A stretch of 64,000 bases of DNA from Octopus sinensis (lineage: Eukaryota), in contig NC_043017.1 of NCBI RefSeq assembly GCF_006345805.1, positions 14,136,001 to 14,200,000 of the forward strand, written 5' to 3'. The position numbers and the translations under genes are program-made. The notes under the pieces were generated by a model. That model ran no database searches. It was given only the letters and a program-made list of their open reading frames with translations, and was not told the origin of the DNA. This document shows, in pieces, positions 1 to 47,012 of this stretch (position 1 is the stretch's first letter; each line of letters starts with the position of its first letter).

Positions 1-39
1 TGCATACACATACATACAAACATATATAATCACCATTTT

Positions 40-400
40 ACCTTACACTGTACCATTATCACACAAGTCAGTGGAGCTTATTGAAGCAAATTGTGCTATG
101 GCTGGATGCTCTTCCTGTTGTCAACCCTCACCTGTTTCCAAGAAAGGTAAGATTTTCCCCATGGCCAAATGCATTTTCACAGAATATTGGTTATAAATCA
201 CTTATTTGTATCTCTCACATGTCAAAACAAGAAAACACATATAACAGGCTTCTTTCAGTTTCCATCCCTCAAATCCACTTACATGGCTTAGGTTAGCCCA
301 GGTCTATTGTAGAAGACACTTGCTCAAGGTGACACACAGTGGGACTGAACCTAAAACTGTATAGTAGGAGAGTAAGCTTCTAAACTACACAGCCACACCT
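40..400 (-). mobile_element. Degenerate SINE of the same family as 58011-58403
   Basis: ggcttctttcagtttccatc...agaagacacttgctcaagg...agtgggactgaacc. Confidence 0.7.
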
Positions 401-838
401 ACACCTATATATATATATATATATTATATATATATGTATATATAAGTGTGTGTGTTGTATGTTTTTTTTTGTTTCCTTATCTTGCAATAGTTGTAAACAT
501 GTGTTATACATATGTGGTGTTCTTTGTTTTCAAGCTTTGCTGTGAACATATTCAGCCTGGGGGAAAATATTACTCTGGAAACAGGTGAAGGTTAGCAGCA
601 GGAAGGGCATCCAGCTCAACAAATTTTGTCTGACCCAAGCAAGCATGAAACAAAAGGGGGCATTAAATGATAATAACCTCATCGTGGGGTACGTTGCAAG
701 TATTGAGAGTAGATCTCGATACCCAGGCTAGCTTCTTCCCACCAGTCTTAGAGGCCTTTAAAAGTCTCGTGTGCTGCCCTTTCTCCCCCGTTCACAAAAT
801 GTTTAAACAAAAAGTGCACATCTGAAGTTCATACTCAC

Positions 839-32782
<31,944 letters not shown>

Positions 32783-32791
32783 AAATTACAC

Positions 32792-32805
32792 GTTGCCATG
32801 GTGAC
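32792..32805. promoter_or_regulatory. RFX X-box-like element GTTGCCATGGTGAC
   Basis: 12/14 match to the RFX palindrome GTTGCCATGGCAAC, immediately upstream of the predicted ATG of a ciliary-type DM10 gene. Confidence 0.6.
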
Positions 32806-33131
32806 GGTTAGTTTATAAATAAAACGCTTTATTAAGGGAGACTACTCCGGCTGACTAAATTGTTATCTTCCACTTGACAGAGGCATTACTTTCGCTATTA
32901 ACTGTAAATTAATTATACCTTAATCTTGTGATTATTTAAATGTTAATTTTTTTGCATTCATTCCAGAATGAATAGCACTCGGAGTAGGGACCTAAGTCTG
33001 TAAGGGACTGAGATGTCGCTGTGGTTACAAGTCTTCAGGGTCTGCTTTGCCGCCGAAATGCCGCTCGTTTCGCTCATCGCACCGAGCTAATCTTAATCAT
33101 TAAGCGGCTCCGGATTAATATTCCTTCAGTT

Positions 33132-33340
33132 CTGCGTCTAAAACTGAGACAACATCCTATCACTAACTCTCAACCTAACCCTAACCCTAAATTTTTCTTT
33201 TCTTAATTGTTAAATTAAATTAATTAAATTGTTAAATTTAATTAATTGTTAAATTAATTAAATTAAATTAATTTAACAATTAAGAAAAAAAAATTAGGGT
33301 TAGGGTTAGTGACAGGATATTGTCTCAGCTTTAGACGCAG
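33132..33340. repeat. ~209-bp foldback element containing telomere-type CCCTAA/TTAGGG repeats
   Basis: Left ctgcgtctaaaactgagacaacatcctatcactaa...ctaaccctaaccctaa mirrors right ttagggttagggttagtgacaggatattgtctcagctttagacgcag. Confidence 0.85.
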
Positions 33341-33799
33341 CAAATGATTTTAGCTAAATAGAGGCGATTCATTGGTTAAAACTCGAAAAATTAAACTACA
33401 TTAAACAAACAAATTACAATTTTCTCAAGAAAGCCAAGAGAAAAAAATGTTTTATTTTGACACATTCTACCAGTATACGAAGTGTTAAAGTGTTTAGTTA
33501 ACTAGAAATTGTGTTGACATGTGCCGTTCAAAAGGAAAAGATCCCGAAGCTCTTGTCATCGTTGGTAGCTCAAATGTCGTAGCGATGGGTGCCAGGCATG
33601 CTTTTGACTAAATTTTTGTAGTAATTCAAAGGTTTTCTCTCCTGTGTCAAAGTCTGCAATATATTGTTTCAAATCCAAAACTGATGACACATTATAAACT
33701 GCAATTTATATGATTCCATACCTTTTTTTTTTATTTTACAGGATTCAGATCGAAGAGATGATCCAAGCCTCCACCTGTCCTTAAGAGACTAATGTCATC

Positions 33800-34480
33800 A
33801 TTAGGCTTAAATTAATCTTAAATACATTTTGCTAAATGTCTGGAGGAAGGGGTAGAACCTACAGCCTTTGTAGGCCCTTTGAGATTGGTGAAATAGATGC
33901 TGGGAGCAAGGAAGAAATTCCAGAGAGTAACATTCTTGGAAGGAAAAACTAGATTTTAGGGGCTAGTGTGGAGGGGACACAATGAGGTTGATGAAAGGAG
34001 GAGGGGCGAGTGGTTGACAGATGTGTGAGGTTAACACAGACCCAGCCAAATGTGAGAAGCTGAAGCCAGACTAGTAGAGGGAAGAGATAGCAAACTATGA
34101 GGTGGGAGGAAGATGTCTGAATGACTTCTACCACTCAGTCAGGCGGCCATTTTGTGTGTGTAGGCTATAATCTATAGGTGCAGTAATAGCATTTCAGATG
34201 TAGGAGCAATGTGGACCTTTAGCATTTCATATGTAGGAGCAATGTGGACCTTTACTGGGCTTTGTAGGTAGTCTTATTGGGGGTGGAGGTGTGCTGAAGT
34301 ATCTTCTGGTCCTGAAGAGAAGAGCCATTTGATAGGGTGCAGTCGAAGCTCTATCTATGGAGTTCCTTGGGGATAATGCAATCCAATATTTAAAGTAATT
34401 GTGTTGGTTCTGGTATGCTATTGCCTGTGTTTGAACCCTATCGCATTCCAACTGGTCGTATCCAGCCAAAATGTTTTATG
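33800..34480 (-). mobile_element. Highly decayed CR1/Jockey-type LINE 3' fragment
   Basis: Remnant peptides RVQTQAI, ALLFRTRRYF and FPSKNVTLWNF; internal 24-bp tandem duplication atgtaggagcaatgtggaccttta. Confidence 0.4.
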
Positions 34481-37011
34481 TTCAAATTGGCCACATTCAG
34501 CCTCTCACAGATGTCACTCTATGTCGTTCTAAAAAGAAGCAATCACACATAAAATATCAAAGCTATGAGTTAACACATGTGAGTAAGCTGAATGCTAAAG
34601 GGTTAAGGCAGCATGGTGTGCTGGGCTGAGGTTTTCTTCATACGACTGGTATTGTTTTCCTTGCTATTGAAAGAGACAAAAACTGACCACCCTCCATTCA
34701 AATTTGCTATCAAGATTTAATGACCTCACTCAATATCACCTTTATTCAGTTCTTACTTCTGGCAGTTTTTTTTTTTTTTTGATCCTTGCAAAATTTCAGA
34801 CAATTTTTTCTTTCTGTTTTTTTGTTTCTTTTCTAGCGATTCCAGTCTTCCTGCAATTATCCGTTTACTGTGTTCATGCTACATTTCACAGTCACTGGCC
34901 ATTGTGCATGAAAGAGCTACAACATATAATCAATTCGAAGAGATGTGCCATGAGGATAATCTAATCTGCCAAATGGTTTGTTTGCACCTGGCTGATGAAA
35001 TCTACACAAAGTTCCCTGAACACTAGCATCAGATACATTTAGCCAAGTTGATGTCTTCCTCAACATCATCCAATTGCCACAACATGAGCTTTGTTATTCA
35101 GAAAACAATTTCATTGAATTATAAGAAGACTGATGTATCTTCAAGTACAGAAATATCAAATGGAAGGCGAAAGTATATGAAATAATATTTCATCATTTAA
35201 ATACCAAAACTCTGAAATATGAAGAAACTTTGAATCTTGGAAACATCTAGAAAATAGTCTTAATATATTTAATAAAAATTAAATTTCATTTTTGTGTTCA
35301 CTCTCAGCCAGAACTCTCTGTGTGTGTGTGTGTGTGTGTATGTATATGCATATGTTTCTAATTTTACTTGTTTACAAGAAAGAGGCTACTGTAGAAAATA
35401 TTTTCATGAATTACCTGTAAACATATTTTCAGGAAGGAATTGGAAAAGCTGTGGCTACAAAATGAATTTCTTAATCTCTATAATAATAATACTTTCCAAT
35501 CTAGGTTCAGAGACAGCAATTTTGAGGGGATGGGCTAATTGAGAGTGTCAACCTCTGTATGTGACACTAATCTGCTTTCCCCTTCTTTCAGAATGGCTTA
35601 ACTGGTGCCAAAATTAGAAAAGCTTATAATAATTAAGAGTAGTGGACAGGCAGAATAGATTGACCATCAGAAAACAATGTGTTGTGACATTTGTTCCAGC
35701 TGTTAATGTTCTGAGTTTGAAATTAACTTCGAATTTCCTCCTTTCAAGATTGATAGGCCTTGTGCCCTTAATTAAGAATGTTTCCCTTTCAAGCCAACAT
35801 TTCACTCTGTTCAGCAATCCCTGAATCGCTGCTACCACAGCCTATTCACATGGTGCCTATTCACATGGTTGAGTGCACCACATAAGAATTAAGTGTGGAA
35901 TCTTTTGGCTGAGAATACAAGGTAACATCAGACTCTACAACAAAGGATGATTTTGTGCTGAAGTTGAGAAAATACTTTAGTATTGACCAATTACTGAGCT
36001 ACTATATAACAGAAAAACACACTCCAGATCAATAGTCTTGAAAAGTTGAAAGAAATGACACCCACAGATGTGCCATGAAATAAGTAAATTTATATTTTAA
36101 AAATATAAAGACTGAAATTCTTAATATAAAACCTATATAATTATTTCATTTACCTAATAAAGAAATAATCATTAATTAATTTTTTTGTTAATTTTGTCTA
36201 GGCCAAAATATATTAAGATGATTTTCCAAAACATTTTCTCACTTTAGAAACAAAGTGCACCAAAATATTTTTATTTGTTGCAAAGGGAGCAGATTGACAA
36301 CCATTGGTCTAGGTTACTGTGCAACCTGCTAGAAATAGCAGCTAAATATTCAAATCATACGCTAGCATCTTTAGAAAAGAAGACTACTGGATATGATAGA
36401 TGGGATGGTCACAGAAGGAATGTGTTTTAATCATCAATCTGTTTGATTAGAGTTGACTCATGGCTAAGTAACATGTTGAGAATGACACATACCATCACAC
36501 ACTCTACACTACCCGTGAAGGCTAATGTATTAGAAAAGTAAGCCCACACTCGTATATTAATTGAGAGGACACACGGACACACACAGTCTTCTCTCTGTTT
36601 CTTTCCACATTATCCAAACTCACTTTTCCCATCCCTCCTCACTTGTATTCTCTCAAACATTCCAAATATAATCCAACAGTTACAAACTATTCATACTCCC
36701 CGCTCCTCCCTCTCATAACCTATTTACTTCCCCTCCCCTTCAGTAAAGGAAATCATTTTGTTCTTTCTCTAATGTTTCCTGATAAACTGTGTGGAAAGGA
36801 GAGAAACTTTAGTTCCAAGGATTCAAAAGAGTTTAGAACATCCACTGAGCTGGTTCACATTAAATTCCTTGCTGTGTCCTCTCTCTCTCTCTCTTTCTGA
36901 TGGCAACTATGGTGTCCTCTGCTCCTTGAACATACACCTGTAACAATGTATTCACTATAACACACATATACACACCTGTACTGATGCAGTTATCACATAT
37001 GGAATAATGCA

Positions 37012-37123
37012 CTCCCCACCTCCCCACCTCCCCACCTCCCCACCTCCCCACCTCCTCACCTCCCCACCTCCCCACCTCCTCACCTCCCCACCTCCCCACC
37101 TCCTCACCTCCCCACCTCCCCAC
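37012..37123. repeat. 8-bp tandem repeat (CTCCCCAC)n, about 14 copies; G-rich on minus strand
   Basis: Direct reading. Confidence 0.95.
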
Positions 37124-38216
37124 CACATACTGGAACTGGCTGAGCCATTTGAGTGGGAATTTGTTTAGGCTTTCAGGATTCTCAGGTGAAATCCTGACTT
37201 GTGGAACTGTACAACAGACAGGATATGTTGCACTAACTGTTTCAGTAGAGGCTTCATTTCAAAATCCTGCCCCAGTCCACCATTGTAGGAGGTAATATTG
37301 CATTGGGAGGGTGGGGGTGAGAGGCATAAAACTAAAAAAAAAAAACAAAAAAAAAAGCAAAGACTACTTGAAGGAGTCTATATCCCTATTGAATAGAGAT
37401 AAATACTCAATTAGAGAGCTTAATTAACTGTGATTTCACTATTCTATGAATAACTAAATCAACTTCTTGTGAAGTAATCAGTTGGAAAAGATTCTCTTTT
37501 CAAGTAAAATAATTCTTCAGGTACGGCAATGAAGATTTAATGTTTGGTTGTTTGATTGGTTTTAGCAGATATCGTTGTGGTCATGCTGGAGTAGAGATAT
37601 TCCAGTGAGATTATTTCAAAGAAACATCCAGAAAATGAAGAAACAACAAAAAACCGACACAGTTAACATCTTTAATATTTTATTTTAAAGAAAATTAGAA
37701 TGAATATAAACAAAGTCATTTTCAGGTACTAATATACAGAGCACCCTTACGTAATTAGGGCATTTGTTTGATTTCCTCAGACCTTTTACAGTTTTTACCT
37801 TTTTCGAAATGAGAAATTGGAGGTGGGGAAGTAGAGTTTAGCAGGAAACTGCAATAGGTAAAGTGTAGTCTTAACAAGAAACCACTACAAGCAGTTGGGG
37901 GAAAATCATGCCTGTCTTCCACAGATAAAAAGAAAAAAGAGTGAGCAAAAGATCTAGAAGAAAATCTCCAGATAAAGTTGCATGTCCTATGCAGACATGT
38001 GGTCCATAGTTGTTGTTGGGGGAGGGAGGGGGGGCTATTGTGTGTGCCATCATTTGTTGGTAGAGTCCACAACATGGCTGCGTTTACACTGTATGTTGTG
38101 GACTGTGGTTTAGTAGCACAGCCATAGTTATTGGAGTTTTTTGAAATTATAACAGTGAATAATCCACTTATGATTATAGGACTTAAAATGTTATGTGCAT
38201 GTGTTTATGTATAAGA

Positions 38217-38252
<36 letters not shown>

Positions 38253-38933
38253 GCACACACACACACACACATTCATATGTATATGTGTGTATAAATGTGT
38301 GTATGTATATATATATATGTATATAATTATATATACAAACACACACACATGTGCATACATACATACATACATGTGCACACACCCATTCGAGTACGCGCAT
38401 TGTTGTCGACTTATATATATAAAAATGTCACCCATAAACAACCGTTATAGGTTGACAAATGCCTTAGATCTCGGATGATCGTCTATCTGCGAGACAGCTG
38501 CTTTGTTAGGAGTTTGCATAGAAAAGGTTTACTTTGAGACGTCTGATGAAATATTTATTACCTTTATTTAATAGAAGCAGAAGCAAAACAGTTATAATAA
38601 TGCTAGATATATAAATAATCATATACATACACTTAAACCAATGCACATATATGAATGTTTATATATAGTGATGCATGTATATACAGGCATGTGCCTATAT
38701 GTATATGAAAACAATAGGGGACAGGGAGCCAAACTGAGAGATACACATTAAAAATAAAAACATATTAATATGTATCGCTTAATTTGTTTCTCTGTCCTAT
38801 TGTTTACATCATTTATGCTCTAAATTTGATATTTTTTATTTGAATTTACTGAATACTCTTGTAAACTGGTTCGCAAACAAACACATGTCATGTATTTTGA
38901 TGTGTGTGTGTGAGTATATATATATATATACAT

Positions 38934-38977
<44 letters not shown>

Positions 38978-41900
38978 CGTGTGCGTGTGTATGTGTATCA
39001 GTAAAGTGAATAGTTGAACAACAGACATAACTCGGTCTAACAATGAAGTTTGGCAAGCCTTGACTTCACTCCGTTGGAATGTAAGAATTATTGAGAAAGA
39101 TTTGAAGAGAGAGTGTATAATTAGAAATAACGACAGTCAGAAAAGTTAAATTTTAATTATTTATCATTTGAATGTTTCCATCTAAGATAAATCTAGATAA
39201 GAGTGAAATGTGAAAACTGGAAGGGAAAACAGAATTGTTTCATAACTTATTTAAAATATTTCCATCCTCTCAGGCTCAGATATCCAAATACAGGCATTTC
39301 TTTCTCTCTTTCTCTTACGCATCATACAATATTTTTTTAAACATTATCATTTCCACTTTATTCTGGAACAAAAAAAAAAGCTCTTGTTTCCAAACCACAA
39401 AACTATAATTAAAAGTCAAATAAATGAGAGCTAACACAGGCTTGCTTGGTTATTTAATAATCAAACATGTTTTAATGTTTTGTACACTAAAACCTTATTG
39501 TTAGAAAAAAAAATTTGAAAAACTGAAATTTTTACATTAGTTCCTTGTTAGTGTTTAAAATGTCTGCCCATTACAAGACATCAACGCAAAACAAAAATCT
39601 GCTGATAAAATTTTTGCAATAATAACAATCATAGTGTTCTCAAACAACTTTTTTGAAAGTAAAACATTTACTTTTTTAACGTTTTAACAAATAATTTAAT
39701 TATTTAAAATCTGCAAACACATTAAACATATGCACAGAGAAAGTAACAATTAATTATAATTACAATGCATTACATACAAAATTAAAATGTATTTGTTTAA
39801 TATCTACAATATAGAATATCTGTAATTATATATTAAAAACAAGAATTCAATAAATTTATTTTTTTGATTTGGCTGTATTTGTTTTTATTGTTGTATTAAG
39901 GAGAAGACAACAGACTTCGTTTGAAACATGAAGAAAGGAAAGTTGAGAAAAAAATCTTTCTAAATCAGTTTGTCCACAATGCAGTGTTTTGGGAATTGAA
40001 AAGCCAAAGTAGATTCTGTGTGAGTACTTAAATATGAAAGAGCAATAATCTCTCTAAGTAATAAATAATAACTTAAAAAGGTAGTTATTAATTTAGAAAG
40101 TAAATGGTATTTCTTTTGGAAAGGTTTCTTACAAAATGGAACAAAATCTGAAATCACGTTTTTATGTTAATCAAAATAATGTTATCACAGAAGTTTGGGT
40201 TTCAAATTTCAGATTAAATTTTACTTTGAAATGGTAATCAGATTTCAAACAAACAAGTTGAAAGTTATCCGCTGCTATAGATAACGATGTAGTTGATTCG
40301 AGCCTGATTTCCACAGGAAAGTAAAGTTTTAATCTTTGTTCTTTCGAAAACTCCTTTCTTTCTGACTGAGATGGATGAAGTGTGAACTGCTTCTCTCTCA
40401 ATATCCTGAAGATATTGAAAGATATGTGACTTGTTGCATTATATTCTATCTTCACATCTAATCAATCAAGCCAATCACATTTCTCATCATTAAGATGTTT
40501 AAACATAACAAATCTGAAAACAATTTTAATACCTATTATCAGTTCAAATTATTATTAATTCTAATTGAGTCTAGTTATACACTTGTAGCAATGACTTTAG
40601 AGTTCGAACAGGGGGACATTTTTTTCTAAATGATCTTTTTGTCATTAACTAACAGAAAGGAAATGTATGTGTTGGGGTAATAAATTGTAATTGCCAGATG
40701 GAAAGGGAAACTAATATTTTGCACTGAAGCTCTTTGTCAAGACGGCTTAACTACACAGTTGATAGGATTTCTCTTGAGACAAGCCAATTATTTTTCCAGT
40801 TGTAAGCTTGTCATCTCACCAACATATAGAATATTAGATTGATTCTCATATTTGATTTACCAATATACAAGAATCGCATGTTGATTTCATATATATCCCA
40901 GCAACCTGCCTTACCAACATATAGAATGGTATGTTGACCTTGATCTATGATTTACCAACACGTAGAATGGTTCTTAGAACTCCTGTTATTCATATTGGAC
41001 TTTTCTATTCAAACTTGGGTGAGACTTGTAACAAAGTGATCAATTTTCTATAATTATAATATGTTCATTAATTTTACCCAAATACGACATCCTATACATG
41101 AAAAATCTAGACACAAGAAGCAGACCTTACAAATGTGCAAATCCTTAATTCTAAAAGAAGACAGTTTACGTGGCCCATGTAATCATGTCTGGCAGTGAAA
41201 TGGGCTTCTTTCAATATATACACTCACTAAACACACACCGAAAGAGGTAGAAAACACTAAACAAAAATAAAACTAAACCTCTGGTCCAGTTTATCAGGAG
41301 TACAAGTTTAGGCAAGACATAACTAGGGGGGGGGGGCGTGAAAGGAAAATCCCAGGAGATGTAAATAAATGAGCTTTGAGGTTAAGATTGTTATTTTCTT
41401 TCGTAATAAACAGAATAATATTCTTCAGTTTGTTTTAGTCATCACAACCAAAACCATGCTGGGAGAATTTAGAACTAAAGCAAATGACTATTTTAATTAC
41501 AGTTACTAATTACCTCATTTAGAATGTGTTTTTTTTATATAGAAAACTATCCAACATTGTCCAGGATTATGACAATGAAGCATTAAAACCTCATCTATTG
41601 ACAAATAAATAATCAAAACACAACAAACCTAATTTTCTCAGCTAATTAGCTTTACAATTGACTGTTATAGATTTTAATGAAGTTAAAGCACCTTCATTCA
41701 GGAAAGACAAAGAAAAAAAATTTACATCATATTTTAATAATTACTTATCTCCTCCTTTGCTAATTAATGCTAGTTGTTAAAGCTGACTCACTTCATATAA
41801 TCCTTTTATAGTGAAGATAAATTTAGTAGCTAAATGATCTTTGTATTAGGTTAGGGTTTTAGACTGACCTAACATAAAATATCAAACCTACAAACTTGAT

Positions 41901-42276
41901 TCTTTAAGAATATTTACAAAGCAAAACTTTTGAACGTGAATTAGTTCTACTGTATATCAATTAGTCCTTATGTTGCTAATTCTGGAAGGAAGAAAGACAA
42001 ATGAGGCTTTGAAAAACATCATAACTGTTTTTCTATTCATTTAACCATCACCTCTTTTTTCTTTATTTAAACAATAACAAAGAAACTTGCCAACTGTAGA
42101 AAATTATCAAGAATTTTGTGAAATCGAGTGTGCAACACAAGAACAATGTCTGGAAGTCTTACTTTAATAGGATTTAAAAGGGTTAAATCTAGCGACTTAG
42201 AATCTGTTGTTGCTCTTATTATTATTAATCAATATTAGTAAAGTGACATATATACATTACATATATACATACATAC

Positions 42277-42329
<53 letters not shown>

Positions 42330-42807
42330 CATCAACCCCAATTGTATATATATATATATTTCACTTAGGCATAGCAATACTAATAACCTGAAGTTAAAAT
42401 TCAGTATATGTATGCTTCAGAGAAAAATGTTAGTGGAGTAAAGAGCATCATAAGAGATCAAATAAATAACAAGGGAACAAAAAATTATGTTACATAATTT
42501 CTTGTTCTCCCTTGACATTTATTTATCGTCCTTTATACATATCCATCTCTCATAGCACCTACTGTAGGCTCTACATAATCCTCACAGAATAATTTTGTGG
42601 CTCAGATTTTCTAGATTTTTTTCTGTTACAAGAACACTTTATATAACACTACTTTGTAATTCATTGATATGTGGACAGATTGCTGAGTCTGTAAGAGGAG
42701 CTTATTGTGATAGCTGCATGATATAAGAGATACAGACCACACACATATCCTTTATATATATATATCCTATACTATTATATTAGAGCAAAAAATCATGTAT
42801 GCGTGTG

Positions 42808-42809
<2 letters not shown>

Positions 42810-42890
<81 letters not shown>
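42810..42890. repeat. Compound (CT)n(AT)n microsatellite
   Basis: Direct reading. Confidence 0.95.
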
Positions 42891-42893
<3 letters not shown>

Positions 42894-44068
42894 CTACTCA
42901 ATAATTAATATGAATACTTAAACAAGTAAAATGTCACAATGCAGAATTTTCAAAACAGAATTTAACTTGGTGTTTAAAAATTCATAAGAATGTTTGCTAA
43001 AATATTTCTATTGTTATTTCTGATAGAAGCCTGAAATTAGACGGCCATAATTGGACCTCTTTTTATTGACTTTACCCTAGAGGTTGAGTGGGTGCCATTT
43101 TTATGCCTGATCAATTTGATTACTTACTCCACTATAACTTATTTTTTCATGAAATTTAAAGGGGAGGAAACGTCAAGACAAGCCCCGACAGGATTGAAAT
43201 GCAGAAGGGGCCGGATTCCAGAGCTTTTCTCCTTACTAGACAGAAACTTCAAGTGTGCTAACGTTTTATGGAAGTGTGTCAGGTGAAATAGTAAATGTGA
43301 AAAACAGAACAGGAAATCACCACACAAACATTATATAACACAAGATGTCATCTGCAAAACGGAAATTTGCAGAAATATATTGTGGAGAGAATCAGGAAAA
43401 ATACTTTTAACAATTTCTATGTAAGGAGAATACAAGAAGAAATCAGAAAGGTCTTAGTTGAAAACTATTAAATTCCCTGAATTTTTATGTTTACTGGTAA
43501 AATTTAAAATAAGTAATTAACATACAATGAGGAGATAATCTAAACACATCAATGTTTTTGGAAAAAAAAATTTCTTTTTCTCAAGAATAATCCTATTTCG
43601 TGATCAGTGTCATAGCCATTAGAGGATGTAGAAGATTTTTAAATCTAGGGAACTGGAGGGCAACTTATAAAGAACGCTTAACAATTACAGTAACTTTTTG
43701 GAATGATGATATATATATATATCAATAATGATATATACAATACACCAATCATGATAAACTGTACATCAATGGATAAATATATATATATATACACAAATAT
43801 AGACACACATGCACACACGTATATTATTTCTATGTTAATCCAGTTGCCAATAATGGCTTCATGAAAGAAGAAATCTCTCAACAATTATCAACTCTGCCAC
43901 TTAGGAACATTGGTACTTGTTTCCAGCTTGGATGAGAACATTTATTCACCAATGTGGTGTTGAGCACCCATTCTCACTGTTCAATATTAGGATATATATA
44001 TATACATCAATGACAATATTTTACAGACAATTGACCATTGATATATATAACTATTAATATACCAATGA

Positions 44069-44138
<70 letters not shown>

Positions 44139-44682
44139 CATATCACTGATGATATATAATACATCAAATGCACACATTTAGTATACAATTTGTAAATATT
44201 TCATTACAAATATATTAATGTGTGAATGAGTGTATATACACACTCATGCATACATACATGTGCATGAATAAATGTATGTAAACACACATGCACACACAAA
44301 TTGCTTCATTTAAATTTTTCTATATCTGCTTTTCCATGCTAGCATGGGTTAGGAGATTACTGAGGCACTATTTTACAGTCAGAGCCCATTATGTTGGTAA
44401 CTCTTATTTACTTTTACATGAAAGAGATCTTTAATTTTTAACATATTTGAAGGTTCAAGGCCAACAGATGATTTGTTAACAGGAAATGATATGTGTATAC
44501 ACACACACAGTGTTTCCTTTCCCTGGCTGCTAACATCAAGTTCAGCATATATCTATAAACATATATACACTTGTGTGTATATTATATATTATAATGTGTG
44601 TGTGTGTGTATTTAACAATGATATAAAGTTAGCATTTTGGCAGTGACGTGTTTTACTTTATAGCAAATGAAATTATATATAT

Positions 44683-44716
<34 letters not shown>

Positions 44717-44789
44717 CACATACACATATATATATATACATACACACACACAGGGGTAATATGTCTGCATATGCATAGATTTATTAAAC

Positions 44790-44820
<31 letters not shown>

Positions 44821-45189
44821 ATACACATAAATATATATATATATTATATATATATATATATATACACATACATACATATATTGTATTGCTTGTTGGAACA
44901 AGATGTTACGGCACTCAGACCATAGAAAGATGCCAGACATCAAAAGAAGCAAATGCTAATCGTTCATTGTCAGATTCTCAGTTTGATGGAGAAAATGCAT
45001 TCTTCATTTCTCAGTGTTTTCGTGTTTATTCGAATCAGAACAAGGCAGTTACTTGATATCAGTAGACAGAGGGGATTACGGTGCCTATGATGGTGGTGGG
45101 TGGGCGGGTGGGTGGTGGGAAGCTCACAGAAACAAGTGACACATGAATGACAGAGAAATGCAGTTCATGTTAGGTTCATGACTCCACAT

Positions 45190-45254
<65 letters not shown>

Positions 45255-45401
45255 GTTATACATAATTACATTCAATGGGACCCAAATATGCACATATTTA
45301 TACATACACACACATACATATGCATATGCACATATAATGCCTCAATAATATATATTTGTCCAACCCATGGATGTATAGAAAAATAGATATAAAGTAAACA
45401 C

Positions 45402-45450
<49 letters not shown>

Positions 45451-45461
45451 CATATATACAT

Positions 45462-45514
<53 letters not shown>

Positions 45515-46889
45515 ATATATATATACATACATACACACACATATATGTAATAAAATTAGTAATATCAATTGGTTTTTGTTAAGTTATTGTTTGAAGAAAC
45601 AATGGAAACAACGGCAACAGCAACAACAACAATAATAATAATGATAATAATAATAATAATAAATAATAATTTAAAATAAAGCTGCTATTTATTTTAATTA
45701 GGTTGGTGACTTGAACCACATTACCTATTGCATGCTGGGAAGTCAATTGAATGAAGAGAGTAAAGAATTGGTTTTGTAAGTTATTAAAACTTCTAATTAT
45801 TCATCAATCTTAGATTGAATTGATTAAGATATAGTTAGTTGTGCATAGGATAGAATAAAATATTAACAGAAGTGAAGTTTAGGAATGACAGAGTTGAATA
45901 GGACTTATTTAATGCTGTAGATTTTAGACTGAAGAATTCATCGTTAATGGAGAAATATGTTGACTGCATTTGGACAATGTCTGCACCGAAATCACCAAAT
46001 AAAGTTAGACTCAATTCTATTCTCTCCTTTTTCTTTTTTTTTTTTGCCTTTCTCTTTAAACCTTTCATTTTTATCCTTATTTTTTTTAAAAAACTATTTT
46101 AAAACTTTTATTTGTGTCTTATTTAATAATATTTATAGTTTGGAGTTTAGTATGTCCGCACGTCGCTCACTCCGTAATGGATAAAACAGGTTAGAGTCAA
46201 ATAGTCGTAGGATAGGGAAATAAAAAGGAGATTGTAATATAATACAATAAGAACACACCAATTAGTAGAACAGTTAATTAAGATAATTATATAGATATAT
46301 ATAAAAAATCATAACTAACCATTTTGAGAGGAAATATTTCATCAAATTTTGGACTCTAAGGAGAGTGACTGCTTTAGGACAATTAATGGAAAAGGATCAT
46401 TCAAATTTTAAATAATTAACATCCATTAAAATTTCCAGATAAAAACGATTCTGTTACACAGAGTTACTAGGCAATATTAATGGAAGTAGATTAATTGATT
46501 AATTATTTCATTAAATTACAATCACAGCCTCTTTTTTTTTGTTTATTTCTTAGCAAAAGCTCCACATTTTTTTTTTCTGCGGGAGCATTCAGCATTTTGG
46601 ATGTTTTTTTTGTCACTTTTTTTTTTAAATAATAATTCTCATTGGATGGTGATTTCTCACTAATATTGGGAGAAACATTTATAAGTGGAATTATTCCTGA
46701 AATAAAAGTCAGATGAGTAGATATTTGAAATGTGTGTGTGTGTTTATGTTTGATGTCTTACTAGCTTGTCAGGTAGGCAGGCATATTTTGGCAGGGCAGA
46801 TTTCATGTTGTTTCAGAAAGTGGTCACTTGTTTAACCTTTCAGAAATCTTCACAACAAACAACATTAAATTGCCTATATATGTATATAT

Positions 46890-46978
46890 GCATATACATA
46901 CATACATACACACACACATGTATATAATCACACACTCTATATACATACACACACACACACACACACATATATATAATA

Positions 46979-47012
<34 letters not shown>

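Noticed and set aside
38470-38515. Hammerhead candidate CGGATGA...CGAGACAGCTGC
   Set aside because: Both core motifs are mutated and stem I does not pair
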